Below are positions 41,196 to 50,886 of a stretch of DNA of 64,000 nt, in pieces (the stretch's first letter is position 1; the number at the start of each line of letters is the position of its first letter). The notes under the pieces are model-generated. The model made no database searches. It saw only the letters and a program-made list of their open reading frames with translations, and had not been told where the DNA came from. A program made the translations under genes and the position numbers. Location of the stretch: the IMG/VR virus record IMGVR_UViG_3300047552_001072, positions 12,954 to 76,953 of that record; one strand, written 5' to 3'. The DNA is from a virus.

Positions 41196-42102
41196 AGATT
41201 AATCTAAAATCAATTACTTTTTCTACTCCTTTTGTAGCAGTAATTTGTTCATTAATTATAGATGTTAGAAAAAATTTTTTACTTGATGTAAGTTCGTCTG
41301 GATCTGGGTAAGTAATGACTAAATGCTTTTCATCGTTAACCAGATTTTTAATTATTTCATTAGGCCTTTCTTGAAAAGATAAAAATATTAAATTATCTAA
41401 TTTATCTGAAATATTATGAATAACCATTTCAGTAAAATCTTTCCAAGTATTTCTGTGTGCCTGTATCATATCTCGTCTACCAGTAGATAATGTTGGTATA
41501 ACATTCATAAGTAATACACCTTGAGAAGCTAAATGTTCAAGAGGATATTGCCATGAAGAATTTGGACTATACCACTCAATATCTAATTTTTCTCTCTCTG
41601 AGTCAATCTCTTGGAGAGTCTTGAAATATTCAGCAGCAGAATATGAATCTAATTCTATTTCTTCACTGCTTTTTAAATTTCTTGCTTCGTCTAATAATCT
41701 AGTAAGATACCTGTATTTTTTATTATACAAATCTGAACATACTCCGTGAAATTCACAGTATCTTATATGACTTATAAAATGATTTACTTCAGTAGGTAAA
41801 GCTAGTCCTCTTCTATAACTCATTCCTAAGCCATTATTTGCGTCTGATTGATCTATGTCTGGCATGTCAGTCAGTATTACCATCTTAAGATGCGGAGGCC
41901 CAAATAAATCAAATGGTGCAAATATATTATTGTATTCTGGAGTAACATTAGGATAAAGTTTTAATGCTTCAAATATCTTATACATCTCCTTAGAGGAAAG
42001 ATAATTGTAAAAGAAGTCAAACCAATTTCTTAGTAATAACTTACCATAAACTCTATCCCAAAGCAACTCTTTTACTTTATTTTCTGCTTGTTTGTTCATC
42101 AA
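41161..42102 (-). CDS. Family-1 uracil-DNA glycosylase-like protein with a degenerate active site
   Basis: P...NIFAPF, KMVILTDMPD (UNG: KVVILGQDPY), ANNGLGMS (AHGLAFS), LEHLASQGVLLMN, W..FT..VI, KHLVITYPDP (HHVLKAPHPSP). Confidence 0.7.
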   Translation of the reverse strand: MMNKQAENKVKELLWDRVYGKLLLRNWFDFFYNYLSSKEMYKIFEALKLYPNVTPEYNNIFAPFDLFGPPHLKMVILTDMPDIDQSDANNGLGMSYRRGLALPTEVNHFISHIRYCEFHGVCSDLYNKKYRYLTRLLDEARNLKSSEEIELDSYSAAEYFKTLQEIDSEREKLDIEWYSPNSSWQYPLEHLASQGVLLMNVIPTLSTGRRDMIQAHRNTWKDFTEMVIHNISDKLDNLIFLSFQERPNEIIKNLVNDEKHLVITYPDPDELTSSKKFFLTSIINEQITATKGVEKVIDFRLIFEENAKTIELF

Positions 42103-43102
42103 GCATTTGTTTTAATTTTTCTAACCCATTCTCTCTAACAAAATCAGAAGGATCTTTTGATTTGTCATCTATTACTTTTAATTTAATTACATCAGGAATT
42201 AATTTTAAAATCATCTCTGCGTAATTTTCTCCTGCTGAATCGTTATCGTATAATATATACTTTCTTTTATATCTCCCCATTATATCTAGTACTCGGTTGT
42301 TTGGACGAGCTCCTTCAGAATTTAAAGCAATAGCCTCGTATCCTAATAACCCTAGTACCATAATATCTTTCAAAGAAGAGGTTAAGATAATAGAGTCTGA
42401 CTCATATCTTAATTGATCTTCTCCGTGAATATCATCTCTATTAGAATTTCCTATCCACTTGTTTTTCTTAAATCTAGTTAATGGACGATATATTTTTATA
42501 TGATCTGACTTAGGAAAGTGATACCCAAAGATTGGATCTTCACCTAAATAAGTAGCATACAATTGTTTATCTATCCATACTTCTCGTATAGAGAATATAT
42601 TAAATCTTTTTAACTCCTTTTCAGTAATTAAGAATTTGCTCCAGTACTGGAGGTCTTCTTTAGTATACTTTTGTATTTTTACCTGAATTAGCTTTTCCTT
42701 ACGTTTTTTAGTTGTAGTATCTTTAACTTTAACAGGTTCTTGTGAATCTTTAAGATTCAAATTAAAGTCATTATTAAGCATTATTAATGCTTCTTTAAAT
42801 GACATATTATATAATGAACAAACAAAATCAAAACAGTCTCCAGACTTTCCTGTAGAAAAATCATGAAACTTTAATTTTGAGTTTCCCTCAAAAAATACAA
42901 AAGAAGGATTCCTATCTTCTCTAAAAGGAGAGTTGTACTTCCTGCCTAGTACTATTTGTTGTCCAAAGTACTTTTCAAAAATAGAAAGGGGAGACACCCT
43001 TTCAAGTATCTCCCTCTTATCTAGATTCTTTTCTTCGTAATTCTTAGAATGGTAAATCATCATCCTCTGCATTGATAGTTCCGCTTCCTTTAGGAGCTTC
43101 AT
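42077..43102 (-). CDS. DNA primase (crAss-like, CHC2-derived N-domain plus TOPRIM)
   Basis: SPFREDRNPSF, FHDFSTGKSGD, KIYRP, KW, ILTSSLKD, SEG, YDNDSAG, KDPSD. The real start is probably downstream of the ORF-track start. Confidence 0.85.
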   Translation of the reverse strand: MKLLKEAELSMQRMMIYHSKNYEEKNLDKREILERVSPLSIFEKYFGQQIVLGRKYNSPFREDRNPSFVFFEGNSKLKFHDFSTGKSGDCFDFVCSLYNMSFKEALIMLNNDFNLNLKDSQEPVKVKDTTTKKRKEKLIQVKIQKYTKEDLQYWSKFLITEKELKRFNIFSIREVWIDKQLYATYLGEDPIFGYHFPKSDHIKIYRPLTRFKKNKWIGNSNRDDIHGEDQLRYESDSIILTSSLKDIMVLGLLGYEAIALNSEGARPNNRVLDIMGRYKRKYILYDNDSAGENYAEMILKLIPDVIKLKVIDDKSKDPSDFVRENGLEKLKQMLDEQTSRK

Positions 43103-43655
43103 TTATTTTTGCTGGAGTACAACGATTTTCCAATTCCCACGCAGACATTTTAATTCTACACTCCTGTCCCTCAACTTGTTTTTGAATATAGTTAGGAAAA
43201 GTAGGAAATTGAGTAAATACACCATCTTTATCATAAATTACTTTAAGATAAACTGGTTGATTTTTAAAGTTTGTTTTCTCAATTCTTGCTTTCGCAATTG
43301 AACAAAATTCTCCAAATGAATTAGCATTGATCTCGGCATCTTTCTCAGATACAAAAGTTTTCAATATTTTCACTACATGAGATAACTTACTTTTAATCTC
43401 TCTTTCCAATGCTTGTTCAGGAGTTTCTCCATCAAATGGTTTTGGATTCGGATTAGGAAACCAAATTCTTTGATTCATAAAGGTATTATCCTCTTTTTTA
43501 ACAAAAATAAATTCCATGTAATCTACATTAGCCTTTGTTTTTGCAATTTCAATTGATTCTAAGTTACAATTTGAGTGAATTCCAACTCCCATTTTGCTTC
43601 TTTTTGTAGAATCTTCTATAAGATCATTAACTGATTTAGTATTATAAATACTCAT
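43044..43655 (-). CDS. Probable single-stranded DNA-binding protein
   Basis: Beta-rich N-terminus, acidic C-terminal tail EDDDLPF, adjacent to primase. Confidence 0.65.
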   Translation of the reverse strand: MSIYNTKSVNDLIEDSTKRSKMGVGIHSNCNLESIEIAKTKANVDYMEFIFVKKEDNTFMNQRIWFPNPNPKPFDGETPEQALEREIKSKLSHVVKILKTFVSEKDAEINANSFGEFCSIAKARIEKTNFKNQPVYLKVIYDKDGVFTQFPTFPNYIQKQVEGQECRIKMSAWELENRCTPAKINEAPKGSGTINAEDDDLPF

Positions 43656-43691
43656 TTTTTAAAAATTTTTTAAAAATTATAAAATTATAAA

Positions 43692-44561
43692 TTATCTAGG
43701 TCTGTTTCTGAGGAATTCCTCAAATCTATCTCTATTTGTAACTGCTTCTGTATTTAAAACTTCTCTAACTCCTGGATTTAATACTTCAACAGCATCAGGT
43801 TCATTCTCAGGTAAATCATCTATGATATCAGAAAAACTAGGAGGAATAGTAAAACTTGCTGCTACTTTTTCTTTTGAGTATCCTTTATCAATCATTTGAT
43901 TAGGTGGTAACATAATCTTATGACCAAAAGTAAATGAAAGTCTATCTGATTTTACTACTGTAGGAGTTTTACTTACTTCCATAGATATTTCTTCTATTTC
44001 AGTATTTCTTATTACTCCTGATTCAAATAAAACTTCATCAATTACTTTTGAATACTCTGGATCCAAAAGAATAGCGCCAGTTTCTGTAATAGAAAATGGA
44101 ATATCTGTTTCTTCTTCTGAAATAACTGCAAGTAAAAATAATCCTCTACTTTCAATTAATCTGAGTCTTGTGATTGCAATAGCTTCAGGATCAATACTAA
44201 GTAAATCCAATACATTTGGACTTAGGTAATATCTACCTTTCTTTTTGTTCAATTCTATCTTTCCTTTTACTCTCATACAGAATTCTACTGGAAAAGTATA
44301 TCTATATAAAGAATTTGCTCCTCCTGTTGGTAATAGTACAGCATCTGCAGAATTTATTTTTACATCTGCTCCTAAAAACTTATGAGACATCTTTTCTTCC
44401 ATAGAAAGATTACAGATATTACTATCAAATCCTACTACAGTACATAATAAAACTCTAGGATCTCGTATATCCTTAACTCTTAAAATTGTCCCTGCTGGTA
44501 ATCCATTGTTAGTAGCTTTCTCCAATAATATTTGAATACTAGCTAAAATTCGATCTAACAT
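43692..44561 (-). CDS. Hypothetical protein (289 aa)
   Basis: Translationally coupled to the AAA gene; no confident motif. Confidence 0.65.
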   Translation of the reverse strand: MLDRILASIQILLEKATNNGLPAGTILRVKDIRDPRVLLCTVVGFDSNICNLSMEEKMSHKFLGADVKINSADAVLLPTGGANSLYRYTFPVEFCMRVKGKIELNKKKGRYYLSPNVLDLLSIDPEAIAITRLRLIESRGLFLLAVISEEETDIPFSITETGAILLDPEYSKVIDEVLFESGVIRNTEIEEISMEVSKTPTVVKSDRLSFTFGHKIMLPPNQMIDKGYSKEKVAASFTIPPSFSDIIDDLPENEPDAVEVLNPGVREVLNTEAVTNRDRFEEFLRNRPR

Positions 44562-45259
44562 TAATTATTGTTTTTAAAAATTTCATCTGGTTCTTTAGAG
44601 TGTTCAAACTCATCAATTCTCTTAATTACATAACCAAGATCATTAGGAATTTTTCTCTCAAAACATCCAAAAGGAGACCTTGCTGTCGTAGTTCCATCAC
44701 TTTGAGTAATGAAATAATACTCAGGTTTCCCTTCATTAAACTCAATTTCAGTGTATAAAGTATATGTTAGTTTACCTTCTACATTTAAATTGGTTAATTT
44801 TGCTCCTCCACTTTTCATGCGATGTTTTACCACATGATTATCCTTCCACTCTTCTGTATGACCCAAGAACACTATGTACAAGTCTTCTCTTAATACTTCA
44901 GATTGAGTTAATTTGAATAACTCATAAATGTCTGCAGCATAGTCAATCCATTTATCATAAGCTTTTTTCTTAATCTCTGCCATCTCTTTATCACTCATAA
45001 TAGAAGAAATAGTATCAATTAAGATTACTTTAACATGTGGTGCCTTATCACTAATTACTTGAATATATTTTGCAATATCCAAAGCATTAGAAGACACAAT
45101 GTAATTTTTATTTTCAGCATTATACACCTCTCTCCAACCTTTAAACGGCATACTCTTTTTGTCAGAGTTGATGTAAACCGTAGATTTTGGATTTAAAGTT
45201 CCAGCTGAAAAAGTTTTACCTGAACCACAAGGACCCAGTACTAAGATACCTACTGCCAT
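44561..45259 (-). CDS. P-loop AAA ATPase (AAA_24/Sak4-like recombination ATPase)
   Basis: ILVLGPCGSGKT, K.MPF, VILIDT, YDKW, GH, VEG, TTARSP.G.F...IPNDL. ATG at 45259 is preferred over the upstream TTG. Confidence 0.8.
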   Translation of the reverse strand: MAVGILVLGPCGSGKTFSAGTLNPKSTVYINSDKKSMPFKGWREVYNAENKNYIVSSNALDIAKYIQVISDKAPHVKVILIDTISSIMSDKEMAEIKKKAYDKWIDYAADIYELFKLTQSEVLREDLYIVFLGHTEEWKDNHVVKHRMKSGGAKLTNLNVEGKLTYTLYTEIEFNEGKPEYYFITQSDGTTTARSPFGCFERKIPNDLGYVIKRIDEFEHSKEPDEIFKNNN

Positions 45260-45272
45260 ATAAGACAAATTT

Positions 45273-46094
45273 TTAAACAGTTACTAAATTTAATTTATAA
45301 TCTTTAATCAACATCTCCACAATCTCCATATCACGGCCATCAATAGCCATTTTTACTTTGCGGAAATCAATAGGTTCATTGCTATTAAAGTGTTCTGCAG
45401 CTCTTTGAACAGAATCCCATACCCAAGCAATTAATTTAGGTTCGAATACCCAGAAATTTGATAATACACGATACTCACAGCCATAAGGCTTATAACGGAA
45501 AGAACCAGATTTGCCGTACAATTTTCTACGTTCTACGTCTTTATCTAGTACTAGGGAAGGGACACCAAGATACAAGTCCAGTAATTTAATGAATTTTCTC
45601 ATCAATAATTTAGGCATATCTTTACCTCCCTCGATACCAATATGAACATGGCCTCCACAAGTACGGAAGTTAGTGGTTTTCGCAGAATCACTAATTTCAT
45701 TTAATTTACCTGTGTAAGCATCAACATCAGGATCACATCCAAAGGTACGTGCTTGTTCAGTATCAAGATACTTAGGATCAAAGTAAGCTGAGGCAGCTTT
45801 ACTCAAGGATAATTCATACTCTTTTGGAAATGCTTTTGGCAAGTACTCTATACTATTTGTAATATTATTTACAAACATTTCTTTGCTAGTACAAGGTGCA
45901 GTTGTAATTTCTACTGCAACGTTATCTTCTTGAATCGATAGTCCTTCTATTCCTGATTCTTTTAAAGGTTTTGGAACCTCTTTTGTTCCTCCAATAATTC
46001 CACAAGATGGGTAGAATATACCATCACGAGTAATAAAGAACTCAGGATCAGACCCTAAGCTTAAAATGTTGATTTTAAAATCTTTTTTTTCCAT
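45273..46094 (-). CDS. phiEco32-like COOH-NH2 ligase type 2
   Basis: LGSDPEFF, IGGTK..P, QEDNVAVE, FGCDPD..AY, RTCGGHVHIG, RRKLYGKSG.FR.KPYG.EYR.LSNFW. Confidence 0.92.
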   Translation of the reverse strand: MEKKDFKINILSLGSDPEFFITRDGIFYPSCGIIGGTKEVPKPLKESGIEGLSIQEDNVAVEITTAPCTSKEMFVNNITNSIEYLPKAFPKEYELSLSKAASAYFDPKYLDTEQARTFGCDPDVDAYTGKLNEISDSAKTTNFRTCGGHVHIGIEGGKDMPKLLMRKFIKLLDLYLGVPSLVLDKDVERRKLYGKSGSFRYKPYGCEYRVLSNFWVFEPKLIAWVWDSVQRAAEHFNSNEPIDFRKVKMAIDGRDMEIVEMLIKDYKLNLVTV

Positions 46095-47146
46095 TAGATT
46101 TCTAGAAATTTCATGCTTCTGATTACCTCATCTAGTTTTCCTTCCTTATCTTTTTTGTTAAAGTAAAGTACTATTTGATCACCATATAGTACATTATCAT
46201 TATCCAATGGTATTCCTTCAATGTGATCTTTCTTTATCTCTACCATTTTCTTCCACATAAAATCAGAAATATTAGCACTGAACATTTTGTTAAATTCCTC
46301 TCTGGTAATCTTTTTTGAGATTATAGGAACACTAACAATTTGTGTCCAAACTGCGTTAAGATTTTTACCTTGAACATAATCATTATGAAGGCTAGAATAA
46401 GATTTTATGCCACACAATTCTGTAACATTAGAATAAGATATTTCTTCTCCATCATCATCCTCTTCAAAGCTATCACAATCATTTTGTCTAAATATGTTGG
46501 GAACTACATAAAATCCATAGTATGGATCATATGCTTTACCTGCACCAAACATGTGTCCTGCCCAAAACAACTCAAGAGGCCTCAATTTTGGATACTTATT
46601 CGCCAATTCAACAGTCTTCATGTAAATTGAATTACTTAAAGGACTATAAAAATAACGAATAAATGAAAGTGTTCCTAATCCATGTTTAGGAGAGACTAAA
46701 TCTCTAGTATCCCAACTAACAACAAAACAATCTGTAATGTTTTTAGTCCATGAAGGAAGATTTTTTAAGTTCTTTTCTTTATAGAAGTTTGTGGGAGTAA
46801 ATACTCCTAAAAACTCTGTTCTAATTCCAATAGTTTTTCCAAATTGTATCCAAGCTTTTAAATCTTCTTGAATTTTACTTACTTCTTCTTTTGTTGGATT
46901 ATCATTTTTCTTTCCCCAAAAGTCAGTTGGGATAAACATGAAAGCAATGTCCTCAGCTATAATATTAGAAGAGGAATAAGTACTATCCTGACTACATCCA
47001 GCCTCTCTTCTCGTTCTGGAATGTCCAGAATACACATTGTTTCTAAATTGAATGATATCAAAATTCCCATTGTTGGAATTTATCATCTTATCATTAATAC
47101 TTTTGTATTCTTTCGATATTGGTTTAATCTTAGTTTGATTCATCAA
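46094..47146 (-). CDS. Hypothetical protein (350 aa) coupled to the COOH-NH2 ligase gene
   Basis: Its stop overlaps the ligase ATG at 46094; no recognised motif. Confidence 0.65.
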   Translation of the reverse strand: MMNQTKIKPISKEYKSINDKMINSNNGNFDIIQFRNNVYSGHSRTRREAGCSQDSTYSSSNIIAEDIAFMFIPTDFWGKKNDNPTKEEVSKIQEDLKAWIQFGKTIGIRTEFLGVFTPTNFYKEKNLKNLPSWTKNITDCFVVSWDTRDLVSPKHGLGTLSFIRYFYSPLSNSIYMKTVELANKYPKLRPLELFWAGHMFGAGKAYDPYYGFYVVPNIFRQNDCDSFEEDDDGEEISYSNVTELCGIKSYSSLHNDYVQGKNLNAVWTQIVSVPIISKKITREEFNKMFSANISDFMWKKMVEIKKDHIEGIPLDNDNVLYGDQIVLYFNKKDKEGKLDEVIRSMKFLEI

Positions 47147-48131
47147 TAGACGAATTTTTAAAGTTATCCAACATCATAAGTACTTTTGGTATACCAGTTC
47201 TTTGTTTTAATAAATGAAAATATATCATTGCCTGAGTCTTATCCTTAGGATTCCATACAGGAAATCCCTTTGGATAATCTGGTAATGGCTTTCCATAATT
47301 AACCAAACCTAATAAGGCTGGTTTATGAATAACCAAAACATAATCAGAACACATAAATATATCACTTGATCCAAACAAATCATTTCGTGTAGGGAAATGT
47401 AAATCAGAATTTAAGATTCTCTCAGGAGTTTCTATATTTCTGTTTAACTGAGACAACAATATTATAAGAATGGGAATACCCATTTTTATAAACTGCTTCT
47501 TTAAATCTACCATCGTACGATATAATATTGCAACTATATTCCTCTCGTCTTGTCCTGTCTTACCTTTTGTAAGAAGAACGTGATCAATTGTTATAATTAA
47601 TCCCCTTTTTCTTTTTTGAATTTCTTGTTTGTCTACAAAAGATAAAATTGTATTAACAATTTGTTCTATTGTACCTGTGTTCTCTACATTGTAAATAGGA
47701 TATTTACGCATGGAATTAGCCGCTATTTCAGCAAATTTTAGATGTTTCTCCGAAATTTGTTCTTTTGATGAGAGTAAATCGGATACTGACATCTTAGTTT
47801 TACCAGAAATATTCCGTAAAACTTGCTCTGAACTTGGCATTTCAAACTCAAAAGATAGTATATCAAACTCTTGTTCAGGGTTTAAATCTATTAACTCTCG
47901 TTTAAGCTGCTCACAATACGTTGATTTACCAGAACCTGACATAGCTGCAATAGTAAATATTCTATTCCATTCAATCCCGTTTAAGAGACTATTGTTAACC
48001 TTTTTAGATCCAGTTAATAAACTCTTAATCTCTCCCTCTCGCCTACCTTTTATATAGGCGAGAGCTGAGTTAATCGCAGAATTTATATGACTATATTCTA
48101 AAGTATTATTCGAAGACTGTTCTGTCATCAT
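47130..48131 (-). CDS. DnaB-like (SF4) replicative helicase, motor domain only
   Basis: IAAMSGSGKS, FEFEM, ITIDH, LSQLNR, P..NDLFGS, LKQR.G. Confidence 0.9.
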   Translation of the reverse strand: MMTEQSSNNTLEYSHINSAINSALAYIKGRREGEIKSLLTGSKKVNNSLLNGIEWNRIFTIAAMSGSGKSTYCEQLKRELIDLNPEQEFDILSFEFEMPSSEQVLRNISGKTKMSVSDLLSSKEQISEKHLKFAEIAANSMRKYPIYNVENTGTIEQIVNTILSFVDKQEIQKRKRGLIITIDHVLLTKGKTGQDERNIVAILYRTMVDLKKQFIKMGIPILIILLSQLNRNIETPERILNSDLHFPTRNDLFGSSDIFMCSDYVLVIHKPALLGLVNYGKPLPDYPKGFPVWNPKDKTQAMIYFHLLKQRTGIPKVLMMLDNFKNSSIDESN

Positions 48132-48708
48132 CTAAATTATTAGATTCATTCTTTAATTCACTAATATATCCCTCATAAATACCTTTACTTAACCATGAAG
48201 TAATTGCTTGCATATACTTAAACTGATTTTCCAATATAGACGAATCTTGTTTGGCTTTTATATCAGCTAATAACGCTTGCTTGAGATCATAGTAAGTAAT
48301 TTCTCCTCTTTCAAGAATTTCCTTAAATAATTTAAAAGACTTAATCTTGTTTACTCGTAGAGAACGAGTTCTTTCCCAATGTCTAAATTTATCAGATGCT
48401 GGGTATAAATTCCAAAATTCAGTAAACCACTTGTACCACTCCTCAAGTTTCTCTTGTGAGTTCAAAGGTTTCTTAACTGTTTTTGGTAAAAGCTTTTGAT
48501 TTAGGAGTTTTAATCCTAATTCTGTAATTTTATAATCTGAGGTTATAAACCCTCTTCTAATTAAGAACTGAAAAGTAACAGTTCTATCTTCTTTTAAATC
48601 CCTATACCATTGTTCTTTATCATTATCTAAACAAAAAAGAACAAAATATTGTGTTAGGGAAACATTATTCTTTTTTAAAGAATCTATAATTGATTCGTTA
48701 ATCTCCAT
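48106..48708 (-). CDS. Putative replication initiator/helicase-associated protein
   Basis: wHTH-like LIRRGFI...ITELG and a phage replisome-organizer-like FTEFWNLYP...TSWL; overlaps the helicase start. Confidence 0.5.
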   Translation of the reverse strand: MEINESIIDSLKKNNVSLTQYFVLFCLDNDKEQWYRDLKEDRTVTFQFLIRRGFITSDYKITELGLKLLNQKLLPKTVKKPLNSQEKLEEWYKWFTEFWNLYPASDKFRHWERTRSLRVNKIKSFKLFKEILERGEITYYDLKQALLADIKAKQDSSILENQFKYMQAITSWLSKGIYEGYISELKNESNNLDDDRTVFE

Positions 48709-48920
48709 ATAATTTCATACAGTTTTAAGTACGCAAAATTATAACTATATTCCTTCACTTCTCCTCCTTCAACTAAAGTATTAGTTTTCTTATCATACAC
48801 TTGTACAAAGATTTCCTTTTCTTTGGTGCTTATTATATTACCCTCGTACTCATCTGTTTCATATATTGTTTTAATATTACCAAACAGATCAGGTATGGTC
48901 GCAATTTTAGAAATCTTCAT
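48684..48920 (-). CDS. Hypothetical protein (78 aa)
   Basis: Packed ORF on the coding strand. Confidence 0.55.
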   Translation of the reverse strand: MKISKIATIPDLFGNIKTIYETDEYEGNIISTKEKEIFVQVYDKKTNTLVEGGEVKEYSYNFAYLKLYEIIWRLTNQL

Positions 48921-49146
48921 GCATGTATGAGATTACTTTTTCCAATCCTTCACAGTATAAATTAATGTATGATTCAGATTGTTTTGCAAATAGTGCTCCT
49001 TCTTTTCTAGCTATTTCATATAATTCTAAAACCCAAGTATCATTTTCAAAAGATTTTCTATAAAAGAACAACAAATATCTTCTGGATACTAAGAAACTTT
49101 TAGACATCCAAATATCATTGATTTCTTCTACATTCATATGTATCAT
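48907..49146 (-). CDS. Hypothetical protein (79 aa)
   Basis: Packed ORF on the coding strand. Confidence 0.55.
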   Translation of the reverse strand: MIHMNVEEINDIWMSKSFLVSRRYLLFFYRKSFENDTWVLELYEIARKEGALFAKQSESYINLYCEGLEKVISYMHEDF

Positions 49147-49369
49147 TTTCTTCTTGCAATGATAATACTTTTAAATAAGCGTAAAGAAACGCCTCATTTC
49201 TAGAATCGTATAAAACTTCATGCTCTTTACAATCATACGTATAATGTAGGTCAGAATAATAAATTGTATAGGTCCAACCAAATAGACCAACTTCACTAGT
49301 TTCTCCAAAGATTAAGTTTATTTCGCAGTTATAATTAATCCCATTTTCACCTTTAGTTAGTCTTATCAT
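49115..49369 (-). CDS. Hypothetical protein (84 aa)
   Basis: Packed ORF on the coding strand. Confidence 0.55.
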   Translation of the reverse strand: MIRLTKGENGINYNCEINLIFGETSEVGLFGWTYTIYYSDLHYTYDCKEHEVLYDSRNEAFLYAYLKVLSLQEENDTYECRRNQ

Positions 49370-49375
49370 TTTTAA

Positions 49376-50548
49376 TTAGCTCTTTCTAGGTTGTAATCCC
49401 ATAGCTTTTAACTGTGCCTCTACCTTTTTCATTTCTTCCTCTACTTTCCCCATGATTGTAATCCTTTTATTTAAATCCTCTTCTTGAGCTTTATTTTTGT
49501 ATAAAGTTCTTATAGCTGACATAGAACTTGAAAGCACTGGACCAATTTCTTTCTCAAATTTCTGTTGGTTTGCTGATTTAATAGCTTTCGCAATTTTTTC
49601 CTTATCTAATCCTCTGTTATTAAATAATACTCCATAGAATTCATCTACATCAGTAATATCATAGATAGCCTTTCCAGAAGAGCTTTTTGGAACATCTTTT
49701 CCTGGTTGTGCAGGATTAGAAGCTGGATTGTTAGTAGAGTTATTAGAGTTATTACTGTTAGTGTTATTACTTCCAGAAGGTACTGTACCATCCTTTTTAA
49801 GTTTATTTAAATCAGCTTCATTCTTTTTAAGAATATTTGCTTTTTCTTGATTTACCCTTGCTTCCTCTAATAATTTTTCACGAGTTTCTAACTGTGCTTT
49901 TTCCATCTTATTGTAGCTTTCAGCATCCTTAAGCATCTGTAAATCTCTTGAATTATCAGGCTTATAAGAATCCAAATCTACTTGTGCATTGGTAAATACA
50001 CCTAACAAGATATCTAAGAAAAAACATGATCCTGTAACAACTACACAAAAAGCAATACTTACATCCTCCATACCCTTCATACTTAATGACTTAAGCACTT
50101 CAGGATTTTGGAATGCAATAGTACAGAAAAATAAAGTAAGTCCATGTGTAAGAATAGAAGTAGAAATACATAATATCCAAATGGCTAAATGTTTATTTCT
50201 TCCTCCTTCTAAATTAGATAAGTAATCTTTTTGAAAATTACCTAGTAATATTGGACTTGCTTTTACTGTTGCTATTTCTTTTCTCAGTTGTCTCCACCAT
50301 ACAAAATTTGGTGCAAACATAATACCAGCACCTAAAGCGATACCAGTATATAATAGAGCCTTATAATAACTCCCCTCAATTCTAGGAATAACTTGTGATA
50401 CAAGAGAAGCCTCTTGAAAACAAGCTAAAATATTGAAACATAAAAGCATCAATGGCACAAAACCTAAGAAACCTGCTTCAACAAACATTGATAGAGTATT
50501 ACCGAACTTGAATATGTCCGTACTCTTGTTACTTTTTAATGTTGACAT
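49376..50548 (-). CDS. Multi-pass membrane protein with a coiled coil and an Asn/Ser-rich linker
   Basis: About four hydrophobic segments in the first 190 aa, then a charged coiled coil and SNNTNSNNSNNSTNNPASNPAQP. Confidence 0.7.
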   Translation of the reverse strand: MSTLKSNKSTDIFKFGNTLSMFVEAGFLGFVPLMLLCFNILACFQEASLVSQVIPRIEGSYYKALLYTGIALGAGIMFAPNFVWWRQLRKEIATVKASPILLGNFQKDYLSNLEGGRNKHLAIWILCISTSILTHGLTLFFCTIAFQNPEVLKSLSMKGMEDVSIAFCVVVTGSCFFLDILLGVFTNAQVDLDSYKPDNSRDLQMLKDAESYNKMEKAQLETREKLLEEARVNQEKANILKKNEADLNKLKKDGTVPSGSNNTNSNNSNNSTNNPASNPAQPGKDVPKSSSGKAIYDITDVDEFYGVLFNNRGLDKEKIAKAIKSANQQKFEKEIGPVLSSSMSAIRTLYKNKAQEEDLNKRITIMGKVEEEMKKVEAQLKAMGLQPRKS

Positions 50549-50574
50549 AATAGTATATTTTTAATGATCCTTAT

Positions 50575-50880
50575 TTAATTAGGTTTTCCTTTCTTAAATA
50601 TTTCTCTTGCTTTATCTAAGTTTCTTTCTTCTATTATCTCTATAAATTGACTTTCTAAAATAAATTCAGAATTCCTGTATAAAAAATAAGACTCTTCTTC
50701 TAGCTTAAGAGCTATTATTTTATTAAAGAGTTCAACTTCTTTTTGACTTAACTCTTCTAAAGAAGCTAGATAAAGTTGGTCAAATTCTTCTTCTAAGTCT
50801 TCTAAATAGAAATTATTAGCAGTTAATATACCTTCTTCTATTAATCTTAGTACTTTTTCATTTTCTATTTCAACAAACAT
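50575..50880 (-). CDS. Acidic hypothetical protein (101 aa)
   Basis: Very Glu-rich ORF immediately downstream of the polymerase. Confidence 0.6.
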   Translation of the reverse strand: MFVEIENEKVLRLIEEGILTANNFYLEDLEEEFDQLYLASLEELSQKEVELFNKIIALKLEEESYFLYRNSEFILESQFIEIIEERNLDKAREIFKKGKPN

Positions 50881-50886
50881 ATTATT

